Shown here: positions 48,302 through 59,914 of the stretch, piece after piece
Position numbering within the stretch: the first letter of the stretch is position 1
Layout: each line of letters begins with the position of its first letter
NCBI GenBank assembly: GCA_048268245.1
Contig: JBLWVX010000002.1
Span: 32,001 to 96,000, forward strand
Length of the DNA: 64,000 nucleotides
Origin: Arcobacteraceae bacterium
Lineage (GTDB): Bacteria > Campylobacterota > Campylobacteria > Campylobacterales > Arcobacteraceae
Reading direction: 5' to 3'
Position numbers and translations under genes: made by a program
The notes under the pieces: model-generated
What the model was told of the DNA's origin: nothing
The model's input: the letters and a program-made list of their open reading frames with translations, nothing else
The model's database searches: none

Positions 48302-48977
48302 CAAATCAAATAAAAAAGCAATTTGTATTTTAAGTGGAGGTATGGATTCCACTTTAGCTTCTTATATAGCAAAAAATGATGGTTATGAAATTATTGCAGT
48401 TCATTTTAACTATGGACAAAGAACAGAAAAAAGGGAATTAGAAGCCTTTAGAAATATTTGTGACGATTTGGAAATTAATGAAAAATATGAAATTGATATT
48501 CCATTTTTTACACAAATAGGAGCAAGTGCTTTAACTGATAAAGATATTGATGTACCAACAGGTGGAGTTGAAGCAGGAGTTCCAATTACTTATGTGCCAT
48601 TTAGAAATGGTATCTTTTTATCAATTACTGCTGCAATTGCAGAAAAAGAAGAAGCTACAGCTATGTATATAGGAGTTGTTCAAGAAGATAGTTCTGGTTA
48701 TCCTGATTGTACAGATAAGTTTATTGCTGATATTACAAAAGCTATTAATCAAGGAACAAAAGAGTCAACAAATATAGAGATAAAAACTCCTTTAGTACAC
48801 TTAAGTAAGGCTCAAATTGTATCAAAAGCTATTGAATTAGATGTTCCATTAAAGCATACTTGGTCTTGTTATAAAGAAGAAGATGAAGCTTGTGGTCTTT
48901 GTGATTCATGTAGATTAAGACTAAATGGTTTTAATCTTGCAAATACAAAAGACCCTATACCATATAAGGTTTTATAA
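48294..48977 (+). CDS. queC: 7-cyano-7-deazaguanine synthase
   Basis: SGGMDS, YVPFRNG, YPDC, TWSCY, CGLCDSC. Confidence 0.97.
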   Translation: MSSKSNKKAICILSGGMDSTLASYIAKNDGYEIIAVHFNYGQRTEKRELEAFRNICDDLEINEKYEIDIPFFTQIGASALTDKDIDVPTGGVEAGVPITYVPFRNGIFLSITAAIAEKEEATAMYIGVVQEDSSGYPDCTDKFIADITKAINQGTKESTNIEIKTPLVHLSKAQIVSKAIELDVPLKHTWSCYKEEDEACGLCDSCRLRLNGFNLANTKDPIPYKVL

Positions 48978-49510
48978 TGAAATGGAAAATATCAAAAGAG
49001 TTTGATTTTTGTTATGGACATAGAGTATGGTCACAAACTTTAAATACTGAATTTTCATTAGATGGATGTTTAAAATGTAGACACCTACATGGTCACCAAG
49101 GGAAAATATTAATTTATTTAGAAGCAGATGAATTAAAAGATGGAATGGTAACTGATTTTAAACACCTAAATTGGTTTAAAGCTTTTTTAGATGATGTACT
49201 TGATCATAAATTTATTTTAGATATAAATGACCCTTTATACTCTAAACTTTTATCAGATGTGCAAAAAGAAGAACTTGTAAAGTTTGATGAAGATTATTAT
49301 TTAGTTGATTTAACAAAATTTAAAGATGAAGAATCCTATTTAATTGAACTATATGAAGGTTATGTTTTAGTTGATTTTGTACCAACAAGTGAAAATCTAT
49401 CAGCTTGGTTTTTAAAAATTGTACAAAAAAAGATGGATAAATTAGGTGTAAAAGTATCTCATGTTGAGTTTTTAGAAACACCTAAGAGTAAAAGCACGTT
49501 TTATGCTTGA
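48977..49510 (+). CDS. queD: 6-carboxytetrahydropterin synthase (long type)
   Basis: CRHLHGH, GMVTDF, LDH, PTSENL, FLET. Confidence 0.92.
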   Translation: MKWKISKEFDFCYGHRVWSQTLNTEFSLDGCLKCRHLHGHQGKILIYLEADELKDGMVTDFKHLNWFKAFLDDVLDHKFILDINDPLYSKLLSDVQKEELVKFDEDYYLVDLTKFKDEESYLIELYEGYVLVDFVPTSENLSAWFLKIVQKKMDKLGVKVSHVEFLETPKSKSTFYA

Positions 49511-50267
49511 GATAAATGAGATTTTTGGTCCTACAATTCAAGGAGAAGGAAAACTTGTAGGAACGCCTTCTGTATTTATTAGATTTGGAAAATGTAACTT
49601 TAAATGTGTAGGCTTCAATGTAGAATATGAAACACCAAGTGGAATAAAAAAATGTGCTTGTGATACATATTATGCAGTTGATCCAGAGTTTAAAGAATCA
49701 TGGACTAAATATAAAACATATGATGAAATTGTAAATGAAGTAGATAAGTTAACTAATCTTTATGACTATGATTATAAAATGGATATAGTTATAACAGGAG
49801 GTGAGCCATTGCTTTACTGGAACAAAAAAGAGTTTCAAAATCTTCTTAAACACTATATAAACAATGGTCATCAAGTAACTATTGAAACAAATGCTTCTTT
49901 AAATCTAAACTTTACAGAAGAGTATCAAAAAAAGATCTTATTTTCAATGAGTGTAAAACTAAGTAATTCTCTAGAGCCACTTAAAAAAAGAGTTAATTAC
50001 GAAACTTTAGAAAAAGTTTTGACAAATACAAAAGACTCTTATTTAAAATTTGTAATAAATAAAGATTTTATGCAAAAGGCTCAAGAAGAAATCAAAACAA
50101 TACTATCAAATATCCCTAGATGTGAAGTTTATCTAATGCCAATGGGTGATGATGCTAAAACTATAAATGAAAATGATGAAGCAGTAATTAACATGGCAAT
50201 TAAAAATGGTTTTAAATATTGTGATAGGCTGCATATAAGAGTATGGAACAATAAAAGAGGAGTTTAA
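49503..50267 (+). CDS. queE: 7-carboxy-7-deazaguanine synthase (radical SAM)
   Basis: TIQGEG, FIRF..CNFKC...CDT, ITGGEP, IETN. Confidence 0.94.
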   Translation: MLEINEIFGPTIQGEGKLVGTPSVFIRFGKCNFKCVGFNVEYETPSGIKKCACDTYYAVDPEFKESWTKYKTYDEIVNEVDKLTNLYDYDYKMDIVITGGEPLLYWNKKEFQNLLKHYINNGHQVTIETNASLNLNFTEEYQKKILFSMSVKLSNSLEPLKKRVNYETLEKVLTNTKDSYLKFVINKDFMQKAQEEIKTILSNIPRCEVYLMPMGDDAKTINENDEAVINMAIKNGFKYCDRLHIRVWNNKRGV

Positions 50268-50350
50268 AAAAGCTCAATAATCTTTTTATATAAAAACTTG
50301 CGATATAATACGCAAATTTTTTGAAATTTACTAAACGAAAAAGGAATAAT

Positions 50351-51094
50351 ATGAATTTTACAGGTTCAAATGTATTAGTTACAGGAGCTAGTAGAGGAAT
50401 TGGTGCTCAAATTGCTAGAACTCTAGCTAGTTATGGTTTAAAAGTTTGGATTAACTATAGAAGTGGAGCCGAAGCTGCTGAAAAAATCAAAGAAGAGATT
50501 GAAGCTGCTGGAGGAAAAGCTGCTATAGTAAAAGCAGATGTAACTAGCGAAGAAGAGTTTACGGCTGCAATTAAAACTGTAATTGATGCAGATGGTGAAC
50601 TATCATATTTAGTAAATAATGCAGGTATTACAAGAGATAAATTAGCATTAAGAATGTCAGTTGAAGATTTCAATGATGTAATTTCTGCAAACTTAACATC
50701 TGCATTTATTGGATGTAAAGCATCATTAAAAGTAATGGGTAAAAAAAGATTTGGTTCTATTGTAAATATTTCTTCAATTGTTGGAGAAATGGGAAATCCT
50801 GGTCAAACAAATTATTCAGCTTCAAAAGGTGGATTAAATGCTATGACTAAATCATTTGCAAAAGAGGCTGCGGCTAGAGGTATTAGATACAATGCAGTAA
50901 CTCCTGGATTTATTCAAACAGATATGACTGATGAATTAAAAGATGATGTAAAAGCTGAATATGAAAAAAATATTCCATTATCAAGATTTGGTCAACCAAA
51001 AGAAATTGCCGATGCAGTAGCGTTTTTATTAAGTGATCACTCTTCATATATTACAGGTGAGATTTTAAAAGTAAATGGTGGTTTATACGTTTAG
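50351..51094 (+). CDS. fabG: 3-oxoacyl-ACP reductase
   Basis: TGASRGIG, NNAGITRD, YSASK; ATG 50351 after AAGGA. Confidence 0.96.
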   Translation: MNFTGSNVLVTGASRGIGAQIARTLASYGLKVWINYRSGAEAAEKIKEEIEAAGGKAAIVKADVTSEEEFTAAIKTVIDADGELSYLVNNAGITRDKLALRMSVEDFNDVISANLTSAFIGCKASLKVMGKKRFGSIVNISSIVGEMGNPGQTNYSASKGGLNAMTKSFAKEAAARGIRYNAVTPGFIQTDMTDELKDDVKAEYEKNIPLSRFGQPKEIADAVAFLLSDHSSYITGEILKVNGGLYV

Positions 51095-51187
51095 AACTTT
51101 AATCTAAACTAAAATTTTATAATTTAAAAGACTTTTTAAAATCTTTTTAGTTATAATACATAGATAATTTTATAAAAGGAAATAAAT

Positions 51188-51418
51188 ATGGCATTATTAG
51201 ATGATGTAAAAGAAGTAGTAGTTGAGCAATTAGATTGTGATGCAGCTGAAATTAAAGAAGATTCAAAGTTTATCGAAGATTTAGGTGCAGATTCGCTTGA
51301 CGTAGTTGAGTTAGTAATGGCTTTAGAAGAAAAATTCGATATCGAAATCCCTGATGAAGATGCTGAAGGAATCTTAACTGTTTCTGATGCTATTAAATAC
51401 ATCGAAAATAACGCGTAA
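51188..51418 (+). CDS. acpP: Acyl carrier protein
   Basis: [12 protein letters not shown]. Confidence 0.98.
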   Translation: MALLDDVKEVVVEQLDCDAAEIKEDSKFIEDLGADSLDVVELVMALEEKFDIEIPDEDAEGILTVSDAIKYIENNA

Positions 51419-51436
51419 TTTATACGCTTAAGTTTC

Positions 51437-51468
51437 ATAGAAGACTAATTATATTAGTCTTCTATTTT
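51437..51468 (+). terminator. Terminator after acpP
   Basis: ATAGAAGACTAAT/ATTAGTCTTCTAT plus T-tract. Confidence 0.7.
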
Positions 51469-51549
51469 AATTACATAAATTTTAATTATTGAATTTTTTA
51501 ATATAATAAAAGATTGAATAGTTTAAATAATAAATACGGAGCATTTTTA

Positions 51550-52809
51550 ATGAAAAGAGTTGTTGTAACTGGTTTAGGTACTATTAATTCTATTGGACAT
51601 AATGTAGAAGAATCATTTAACGCGGCAGTAGCAGGTAAATGTGGAATTGATACAATCACACTATTTGACGCAAGTGAGTTTCCTGTAAAGATTGCAGGTG
51701 AAGTAAAAGATTTTGATCCTACAACAGTAATGGATAAAAAAGAAGTTAAAAAAGCGGATAGATTTATTCAACTAGGGATAAAAGCTGCTAAAGAAGCAAT
51801 GATAGACTCAGGTTTTGTTACAGATGAAAACAAAAAAGTAAGTGATGCTGATTCTTCAAGATTTGGAATTATCTCAGCTTCTGGAATTGGTGGATTAGGA
51901 ACAATCCAAAAAAACTCAGTTGTATGTGAAAATAGAGGTCCAAAAAGAATTTCTCCTTTCTTTATTCCTTCATCATTAGTAAATATGTTAAGTGGATTCA
52001 TTTCAATTGAGCATGGATTAAAAGGTCCTTCCTTATCTCATGTAACAGCTTGTGCAGCGTCTACTCATGCTTTAAATGATGCTGTAAAAACAATTGCTAC
52101 AAATGGTGCTGATAGAATTTTAGTTGTTGGTGCTGAATCTGCAATTTGTGGTGCAGGTATGGGTGGATTTGCTTCAATGAAAGCATTATCTTCAAGAAAT
52201 GATGAGCCTAAAAAAGCTTCAAGACCATTTGACAAAGATAGAGATGGTTTTGTAATGGGTGAAGGTTCAGGAGCTATTGTTGTTGAAACATTAGAATCAG
52301 CACAAGCTAGAGGAGCAAAAATCTATTGTGAAATCATTGGGTTTGGTGAATCAGGTGATGCAAATCATATTACTGCTCCTGTAATGGATGGTCCACTAAG
52401 ATCTATGAAAGCAGCACTTTCTATGGCTGAATCAATAACTGGTGAAAAAATCAAAATTGATTACATCAATTCTCATGGTACATCTACTCCTGTTGGTGAT
52501 GTAAATGAATCAAAAGCAATTGCTGAATTATTTGGTGGAGAAGAAAACTGTCCTCCTGTAACTTCAACAAAAGGTCAAGTTGGTCACTGTTTAGGTGCTG
52601 CTGGTGCTATTGAAGCAATTTTCGCAATTAAATCATTAAATGAGGGTGTAATCCCTCCAACAATCAATCTTGATAATCAAGATGAAGAATGTAAATTAGA
52701 TTATGTTCCAAATGTAGCAAGAAAAGTTGAGTTAACTACTGTTATGAGTAACAACTTTGGATTTGGTGGAACAAATGGAAGTGTTATTTTCAAGAAATTT
52801 GAAGCATAA
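51550..52809 (+). CDS. fabF: Beta-ketoacyl-ACP synthase II
   Basis: RVVVTGLG, TACAAS, HGTST, GHCLGAAG, FGFGGTN. Confidence 0.96.
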   Translation: MKRVVVTGLGTINSIGHNVEESFNAAVAGKCGIDTITLFDASEFPVKIAGEVKDFDPTTVMDKKEVKKADRFIQLGIKAAKEAMIDSGFVTDENKKVSDADSSRFGIISASGIGGLGTIQKNSVVCENRGPKRISPFFIPSSLVNMLSGFISIEHGLKGPSLSHVTACAASTHALNDAVKTIATNGADRILVVGAESAICGAGMGGFASMKALSSRNDEPKKASRPFDKDRDGFVMGEGSGAIVVETLESAQARGAKIYCEIIGFGESGDANHITAPVMDGPLRSMKAALSMAESITGEKIKIDYINSHGTSTPVGDVNESKAIAELFGGEENCPPVTSTKGQVGHCLGAAGAIEAIFAIKSLNEGVIPPTINLDNQDEECKLDYVPNVARKVELTTVMSNNFGFGGTNGSVIFKKFEA

Positions 52810-52834
52810 CAACAAATAAAGAATTAATCTAATC

Positions 52835-52867
52835 AAAAAGAGCTAGTAACACTAGCTCTTTTTTTTT
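52835..52867 (+). terminator. Terminator after fabF
   Basis: AAGAGCTAGT/ACTAGCTCTT plus T-tract. Confidence 0.8.
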
Positions 52868-52882
52868 AAAGGGAGTAATAAC

Positions 52883-53821
52883 TTGGCAGCTTATTTAGAA
52901 TTTGAAGAGAAAATTAAAAAAATTGAAGAAGATATTATTGTAGCTAAAACAAAAGCAGACGAGCATGCAGTAGAAATCTTAGAAAAAAAACTTGAAAAAG
53001 AAGTAGAAAAAACTTTTAAAAATTTAAGTGATTATCAAAAACTTCAATTAGCTAGACATCCAGATAGACCTTACGCAATGGATTATATCAATGAACTATT
53101 AACTGATGCATACGAAATACATGGTGATAGACACTACGTAGATGATAAAGCAATTGTTTGTTATTTAGGTTATATTGATGGTCAAAAAGTTATGGTAATT
53201 GGAGAGCAAAAAGGTAGAGGAACTAAAGATAAGCTTCATAGAAACTTTGGTATGCCAAGTCCTGAAGGATATAGAAAAGCTTTAAGAGCTGCAAAACTTG
53301 CTGATAAATTTCAAATTCCTATTGTTATGTTAGTTGACACACCAGGTGCATATCCAGGAATTGGAGCTGAAGAAAGAAACCAATCAGAAGCTATTGCTAA
53401 AAACCTTTTTGAATTTGCTGATTTAACTACTCCTACAATTTCTATTGTAATTGGAGAAGGTGGTTCAGGTGGTGCATTAGCTATTTCAGTTGCTGATAAA
53501 CTAGCAATGATGAGATACTCAGTATACGCTGTAATTTCACCTGAGGGTTGTAGTGCTATTTTATGGAATGACCCTACAAAAGTAGAAACAGCAGCAAATG
53601 CTCTTAGGATCACAGCTGAAAATTTAAAAGAATTAAATCTAGTTGATGATGTAATTAATGAGCCTTTAATTGGTGCTCATAGACAAAAAGAGCAAGCAAT
53701 ACTTGCATTAAAAGAGTATGTTTTAGAATCAATAAATGAATTAAAAACTATGACAACAGCTCAAAGACACCAAAAGAAATACGAAAAACTTATGGCTCTT
53801 GGATCTTTCCAAGATAGTTAA
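52883..53821 (+). CDS. accA: Acetyl-CoA carboxylase carboxyltransferase alpha
   Basis: [30 protein letters not shown]. Confidence 0.97.
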   Translation: MAAYLEFEEKIKKIEEDIIVAKTKADEHAVEILEKKLEKEVEKTFKNLSDYQKLQLARHPDRPYAMDYINELLTDAYEIHGDRHYVDDKAIVCYLGYIDGQKVMVIGEQKGRGTKDKLHRNFGMPSPEGYRKALRAAKLADKFQIPIVMLVDTPGAYPGIGAEERNQSEAIAKNLFEFADLTTPTISIVIGEGGSGGALAISVADKLAMMRYSVYAVISPEGCSAILWNDPTKVETAANALRITAENLKELNLVDDVINEPLIGAHRQKEQAILALKEYVLESINELKTMTTAQRHQKKYEKLMALGSFQDS

Positions 53822-53858
53822 ATCTATTTAGTAAAGAAAGGGAGTTAAACTTCTTCCT

Positions 53859-54203
53859 TTACTTTTTTACTTGCTCACCTACTAATCTACCAGCATATTC
53901 ACCTGCTAAAATATGAAAATGTAAATGTGCAACTTCTTGCCCACCATGTTCACCAATATTAGTAATTAATCTATATCCATCTTCTTTAATATTTAATTTT
54001 GAAACAACTTTATGAATAAATTCAGTCATTTTAGCCATTAACTTTGGAGGAATTACATCAAAAGAATCATAATGCTCTTTAGGAATTACTAAAACATGAA
54101 CCTTTCTTGCTGGGTTAATATCATTGAATGCTAAAAAGTTTTCATCTTCTAAAACAGTTTGATTAGGAATCTCACCTTTTACAATCTTACAAAAAATACA
54201 CAT
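53859..54203 (-). CDS. HIT family nucleotide-binding protein
   Basis: MCIFCKI start at 54203; HLHFH triad. Confidence 0.93.
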   Translation of the reverse strand: MCIFCKIVKGEIPNQTVLEDENFLAFNDINPARKVHVLVIPKEHYDSFDVIPPKLMAKMTEFIHKVVSKLNIKEDGYRLITNIGEHGGQEVAHLHFHILAGEYAGRLVGEQVKK

Positions 54204-54328
54204 TATATTTCCTTCTAATAAAATAGTTGAAATATTATAACCAAACTCTAATAAATCTTTAAGTATAATCTCCAATTTATAGAAATGACAAGTAAATTAA
54301 AATATATAATAACTTAGGGAGCAAGTAA

Positions 54329-55321
54329 GTGAAAGAGTGGATTGAAAAAATTGAAAATGCAAACTGTCTTGAAGACTTAGAAAACCTAAGAGTAGAAACA
54401 CTTGGTAAAAAAGGTGTTTTAACTTTAGAGTTTGCAAAAATGAAAACTATTCCAAATGAAGAGAAGAAAGCTTTTGCTCAAAATCTTAATAAGCAAAAAG
54501 CACAAGTAACTGAAGCTATTGAAGCAAAGAAAGTTATCTTAGAAAAAGAAGCTTTAAATAAAAAGCTTGAAGCTGAAAAAATTGATGTAACAAAATTTAA
54601 TAATGAACTATCATGTGGTGCAACTCACCCAGTAGTTGAAACAATGAATAGAATTATTACATATTTCCAAAACTTAAACTTTGCAGTTGAGGAAGGACCA
54701 CTAGTAGAAGATGACTTCCATAATTTTGAAGCATTAAATCTACCAAAGTATCACCCAGCAAGAGATATGCAAGATACATTTTATAATAAAGACTACACTC
54801 TATTAAGAACACATACGTCTCCTGTTCAAATTAGAACTATGTTAAGTCAAAATACTCCTATTAGAATGATAGCTCCAGGAACTGTATTTAGAAGAGATTT
54901 CGATTTAACTCACACACCAATGTTTCACCAAATTGAAGCATTAGTTGTTGATGATGAAGATAAAGTATCTTTTGCAAACTTAAAGCATGTATTAGTTGAA
55001 TTTTTACATCATATGTTTGGTGATGTGGATGTTAGATTTAGACCTTCTTTCTTCCCATTTACAGAACCATCAGCAGAAGTTGATATTTCATGTGTATTCT
55101 GTAAAGGTGATGGTTGTAGAGTATGTTCGCAGACAGGATGGCTTGAAGTATTAGGTTGTGGTGTTGTTGATGAAAACGTATTCAAAGCTGTAGGTTATGA
55201 AAATAAATCAGGTTATGCATTTGGTTTAGGTGTTGAGAGATTTGCAATGTTAATTCACAATATTGGTGACTTAAGATCACTATTTGAGAGCGATATGAAA
55301 TTATTAGGACAATTTAAATGA
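54329..55321 (+). CDS. pheS: Phenylalanine--tRNA ligase alpha subunit
   Basis: [30 protein letters not shown]. Confidence 0.98.
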   Translation: MKEWIEKIENANCLEDLENLRVETLGKKGVLTLEFAKMKTIPNEEKKAFAQNLNKQKAQVTEAIEAKKVILEKEALNKKLEAEKIDVTKFNNELSCGATHPVVETMNRIITYFQNLNFAVEEGPLVEDDFHNFEALNLPKYHPARDMQDTFYNKDYTLLRTHTSPVQIRTMLSQNTPIRMIAPGTVFRRDFDLTHTPMFHQIEALVVDDEDKVSFANLKHVLVEFLHHMFGDVDVRFRPSFFPFTEPSAEVDISCVFCKGDGCRVCSQTGWLEVLGCGVVDENVFKAVGYENKSGYAFGLGVERFAMLIHNIGDLRSLFESDMKLLGQFK

Positions 55322-57639
55322 TTATTACAAGAAACTGGTTACAAGAATTTATAGATATATCAAAAATATCAACTGATGATATTTGTAAAACACTAAATTC
55401 AATTGGATTAGAAGTTGATAGTGTAGAAAAAGTTTTAATAGCTCCTAAAGTTGTAGTTGGAAAAGTAACTCAAAAAGAGAAACACCCTGATGCTGATAAA
55501 TTAAATATCTGTCAAGTTGACTTAGGTGATGAACAAGTTCAAATTGTATGTGGTGCTAAAAATGTAGATGCTGGTCAATATGTACCTGTTGCAACTGTTG
55601 GATGTAACTTAGGTGGTGGTTTTAAAATTAAAAAAGCTAAACTAAGAGGTGTTGAATCAAATGGTATGATTTGTTCTTCAACTGAGATTGGTTTACCGCA
55701 GATTAATGATGGAATTTTAGTACTAGACAATTCAATTGGTGAATTAGTTTTAGGAAAAGAATTAAATGAATACAAACTTATTAATGATGATATTATTGAA
55801 ATTGAATTAACTGCAAATAAAGGTGATTGTTTAAGTATAAATGGTGTTGCTAGAGAGTTATCAGCATTTTATAACATCCCACTAAATGAGTTTGAGAAAA
55901 ATGTAAACTACAATGAGATTGGAATTGGTCAAGTTTTAGAAGTTGAGTGTGATAGTAATATTGACTCATCACTTATATATAAAGCTGTTGACTTTTCTGA
56001 CTTCAAACTTCCTGTTGTACAAAAGTTAAGAGTTGGTGCAATTGGAAAATATAATGATGAAAATGACATTCAAAATGTATTATCATATGTAACTCACTGT
56101 AATGGTGTGATTTTAAATGCATATGCAAAAGATAAAGCAGATAGTACAGATAACTTAAGCGTTCTTCATGTAAAAAAAGATGAAAAAGGCTTTGATAATG
56201 TTTATGGAAAAGAACAATTAAGTAAAATAGCAATTGTGCATGAAGAAGTAGTTCCAAGTGAGTTAAACTTTATTGTTGAAGCATCATATGTAAATCCTGA
56301 ATTATTGGCAAAACAAGTTTTTGAGACTAAGATAAAAACAGGTGATGTTTATTATAGATCTTCAAGAGGTAGTGAACCTGATATTCAATATGGAATTGAC
56401 TACTTCACAACTTTAACTTCTAAATTTGGTGCTTTAATTTATAAAGGTGCTGAGACTTTTATAGAAGATAAAGAGAAAGCTATTTTAGATGTAGATGTAA
56501 ATAAAGTAAATGCGATTATTGGACAAGATGTTCCAAAACTTGATATTGAAAGAATTCTAAACTCACTAGGATTTGAAGTAAAAGATGGTGCTAATGGTAT
56601 TTTATCTGTTAAAATTCCTTTATTTAGACATGATATTAAAAATATCGCTGATATTACAGAAGAGATTGTAAGAATAATTGGTATTGATAATATTAAATCA
56701 AAACCTTTAGCAATAGATGAAGTAAATAGAGTAAATAAAACATCTAATGATTTAGTAAAGAAAAATAAACTTAGATTTAAAGCAATTGAAAATGGTTTCT
56801 TTGAAACTTTAACTTATGTTTTCTCTTCAAGAGAGAGTTTAGAAAAATACAACTTCCCCGTTGTAAAAGAAGAACTTGACATTTTAAATCCAATTGCAAA
56901 AGAGTTAAATACTTTTAGAAGTACAATCTTACTAAACCTTGTTGAAGCTTGTTCAAATAACTTCAAAAATGGTAATAGATCAACAGCATTCTTTGAAATA
57001 GGAACTGTTTTTGATGAAAACAGAAGTGAAAGTAAAAAAATATCATTTGTTCAAACAGGAGCAAAAGAGCTTGAAGATATTTCAAATAGTGGAAAACCTT
57101 CAAATATTGACTTCTTTAGTTTTGCAAAAAAGATTTTAAATACAGTAGGAAAATTTGATTTAGAAGAGATGAGCGAAATCTCTAATAGTTTTGTTCACCC
57201 ATATCAAAATGCAAATGTAATAGTTGAAAGTAAAGTTATTGGTTATATCTCAAAACTTCACCCAAGTGTTGCAGAAGAGTATGATTTAAATGATACGTTT
57301 ATTGCTGAAATTGATTTTGATGCAATTGCAAATGATTTAATTAAAGTTGATACATACTCTAAATTTCAAGCATCTAAAAAAGATTTAAGTATTATTGCTC
57401 CAAAATCTTTAAAATATAAAGAAATTAAAGATGTTATTAATGGTATTAATGATAAAAATATCAAACAATTTAACTTAATTGATATTTACAATGATGAAAA
57501 ATTAGGTGAGAATGAAAGTTTAACAATCAGATTTGTTTTACAAAATGATGAAAAAACTTTAGAAGAAGAAGATATTACTAAATCAATGGATGGTGTTTTA
57601 AAAGCACTTGAAGAAAAATTATCAATAACAATTAGATAA
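55318..57639 (+). CDS. pheT: Phenylalanine--tRNA ligase beta subunit
   Basis: [34 protein letters not shown]. Confidence 0.96.
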   Translation: MIITRNWLQEFIDISKISTDDICKTLNSIGLEVDSVEKVLIAPKVVVGKVTQKEKHPDADKLNICQVDLGDEQVQIVCGAKNVDAGQYVPVATVGCNLGGGFKIKKAKLRGVESNGMICSSTEIGLPQINDGILVLDNSIGELVLGKELNEYKLINDDIIEIELTANKGDCLSINGVARELSAFYNIPLNEFEKNVNYNEIGIGQVLEVECDSNIDSSLIYKAVDFSDFKLPVVQKLRVGAIGKYNDENDIQNVLSYVTHCNGVILNAYAKDKADSTDNLSVLHVKKDEKGFDNVYGKEQLSKIAIVHEEVVPSELNFIVEASYVNPELLAKQVFETKIKTGDVYYRSSRGSEPDIQYGIDYFTTLTSKFGALIYKGAETFIEDKEKAILDVDVNKVNAIIGQDVPKLDIERILNSLGFEVKDGANGILSVKIPLFRHDIKNIADITEEIVRIIGIDNIKSKPLAIDEVNRVNKTSNDLVKKNKLRFKAIENGFFETLTYVFSSRESLEKYNFPVVKEELDILNPIAKELNTFRSTILLNLVEACSNNFKNGNRSTAFFEIGTVFDENRSESKKISFVQTGAKELEDISNSGKPSNIDFFSFAKKILNTVGKFDLEEMSEISNSFVHPYQNANVIVESKVIGYISKLHPSVAEEYDLNDTFIAEIDFDAIANDLIKVDTYSKFQASKKDLSIIAPKSLKYKEIKDVINGINDKNIKQFNLIDIYNDEKLGENESLTIRFVLQNDEKTLEEEDITKSMDGVLKALEEKLSITIR

Positions 57640-57655
57640 AAGAAAAAGGAAAAAA

Positions 57656-58933
57656 GTGAATACGTTTAATATAAAAAGGTTAAATAAGCCATTTAATGTA
57701 GAGATTGACTCAATAGCAAGTGATAAATCAATATCGCACAGATGTGCTATGTTTTCACTTTTTTCTAATAAAACTTCATATATAAAAAACTATTTAACAG
57801 CAGAAGACACACTAAATACTTTAAGTATAGTTGAACAACTTGGTGCAAAAATCAAAAGAGATGGTTCATCTGTTGAAATTACACCAACTGATACATTAAG
57901 TGAACCTACAAATGTTTTAGACTGCGGAAACTCAGGAACTGCTATGAGACTGTTTTGTGGTTTACTTGCATCTGTTGATGGAGCATTTACATTAACAGGT
58001 GATAAATATCTTCATGCAAGACCTATGAAAAGAGTTGCTGATCCACTAAGAAGTATTGGTGCAAATATTGATGGAAGAGAGAATGGAAATAAAGCCCCTT
58101 TATTTATTAGAGGAGTAAAAGAGTTAAAACCATTTACATATCACTCTCCAGTAGATTCTGCTCAAGTTAAATCAGCAATGATATTAGCAGCACTAAGAGC
58201 AGATGGTATTTCTAAATATAAAGAGAATGAATTAACAAGAGACCATACAGAAAGAATGTTAAAAGGTATGGGAGCTACTTTAGAAAATGATCAAGATGGG
58301 TTTATAAATATTCATCCTTTAAAAGGTCACTTAAAACCACTAAATATTACTGTTCCAACTGATCCATCATCAGGATTCTTTTTTGCAGTAGCAGCAGCAA
58401 TTACACCAAATGCTAGAGTGGTAATTAAAAATGTGACATTAAACCCAACAAGAGTTGAAGCATATAAAGTACTTCAAAAAATGGGTGCAGAGGTAAACTT
58501 TGTTGAAAAAGAGAATATTTATGAACCTATAGGAGATATTGAAATTAAACACAAAGAGTTAAATGGTGTAGAAGTTTCAGATAATATCTCTTGGTTAATA
58601 GATGAACTTCCAGCACTATCAATTGCGATGAGTGTAGCAAATGGAAAATCAGTAGTAAAAAATGCAAAAGAACTTAGAGTAAAAGAATCAGATAGAATTA
58701 AATCAGTAGTTACAAACCTAGAAAAATGTGGTGTTAACTATACTGAGTATGAAGATGGATATGAGATAATTGGTGGCGAAATAAAAGCTGCTACTATTGA
58801 TTCACATGGAGATCATAGAATTGCAATGAGTTTTGCAATTGCAGGAACTTTATGTGACATGCAAATAAACGATACTGATTGTATTGAGACTTCATTCCCT
58901 AATTTCAAAAAGATACTTGACTCATTATATTAA
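57656..58933 (+). CDS. aroA: EPSP synthase
   Basis: DKSISHR, GNSGT, SAQVKS, RDHTE, KESDR, DHRIAM. Confidence 0.97.
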   Translation: MNTFNIKRLNKPFNVEIDSIASDKSISHRCAMFSLFSNKTSYIKNYLTAEDTLNTLSIVEQLGAKIKRDGSSVEITPTDTLSEPTNVLDCGNSGTAMRLFCGLLASVDGAFTLTGDKYLHARPMKRVADPLRSIGANIDGRENGNKAPLFIRGVKELKPFTYHSPVDSAQVKSAMILAALRADGISKYKENELTRDHTERMLKGMGATLENDQDGFINIHPLKGHLKPLNITVPTDPSSGFFFAVAAAITPNARVVIKNVTLNPTRVEAYKVLQKMGAEVNFVEKENIYEPIGDIEIKHKELNGVEVSDNISWLIDELPALSIAMSVANGKSVVKNAKELRVKESDRIKSVVTNLEKCGVNYTEYEDGYEIIGGEIKAATIDSHGDHRIAMSFAIAGTLCDMQINDTDCIETSFPNFKKILDSLY

Positions 58934-59011
58934 GAACAGTATTGTTCTTAATTTTGGTTCTTAATTAATAAATATTACACCCAATTTTAGGGTAAAATTT
59001 AAGGATTAAAA

Positions 59012-59848
59012 ATGAAAGTAAAATTAGCTTCAAGCTATGGTTTTTGTTTCGGTGTAAAAAGAGCTATTAAAATAGCTGAATCATATGAAAATTCAGCAAC
59101 AATGGGTCCTCTAATTCACAATCAAGATGAAATCAATAGATTAAAAAATGATTTTAATGTAGGTTTATACCAAAACTTAAAAGAAGTAAAAGATGAAGAT
59201 ACAGTAATCATTAGAACTCATGGTATTCCTAAAAATGATCTAAAAGATTTAAAAGCACAAAAAGCAAAAGTTATTAATGCAACATGTCCATTTGTAACAA
59301 CTCCTCAACAAATAGTAAAAAAGATGTCTAAAGAGGGTTACTCTATTTTAATATTTGGAGATTCTTCACATCCAGAAGTAAAAGGTGTTAAATCATATGG
59401 TGAAGATCAAGAAGATGTTCATGTAATTATGGAAATTGATGAAATCAAAAACCTTAACTTCAAAAATAGTAAGATTGCTACAGTTGCACAAACTACAAAA
59501 AAGAAAGAAAAATATTTAGAAATAGTTAATCAGCTTATATTAAGAAACAAAGAAGTTAGAGTTTTCAATACTATATGTGATGCAACATTTGAAAATCAAG
59601 ATGCAGCAAGAGACCTTTCAAAAGAAGTTGACGTAATGGTAGTAATTGGAGGAAAAAACTCTTCAAATACAAAGCAATTACACTCTATTTGTAAAGAAAA
59701 TTGTGAAGATTCTTACTTAATAGAAAACCATCAAGAGATTGAAGATTCGTGGTTTAAAGACAAAAAACTTTGTGGTGTAACAGCAGGTGCAAGTACTCCA
59801 GATTGGATTATTCAAGAGGTCGTAGACAAAATAGAAAAAATTAACTAG
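59012..59848 (+). CDS. ispH: HMBPP reductase
   Basis: GFCFGV, IHN, ATCP, TICDAT, SSNT, TAGASTP. Confidence 0.97.
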   Translation: MKVKLASSYGFCFGVKRAIKIAESYENSATMGPLIHNQDEINRLKNDFNVGLYQNLKEVKDEDTVIIRTHGIPKNDLKDLKAQKAKVINATCPFVTTPQQIVKKMSKEGYSILIFGDSSHPEVKGVKSYGEDQEDVHVIMEIDEIKNLNFKNSKIATVAQTTKKKEKYLEIVNQLILRNKEVRVFNTICDATFENQDAARDLSKEVDVMVVIGGKNSSNTKQLHSICKENCEDSYLIENHQEIEDSWFKDKKLCGVTAGASTPDWIIQEVVDKIEKIN

Positions 59849-59914
59849 AGAATTTAAGCATCAATTCTGTATAATAGTCCCATTTAATTAAAACGGTAAA
59901 TATGAAGGAATAAA

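Noticed and set aside
48294..50267. queCDE as a possible 7-deazaguanine DNA-modification (dpd) system
   Set aside because: No dpdA/tgt paralog or defence genes nearby; housekeeping context fits tRNA queuosine synthesis
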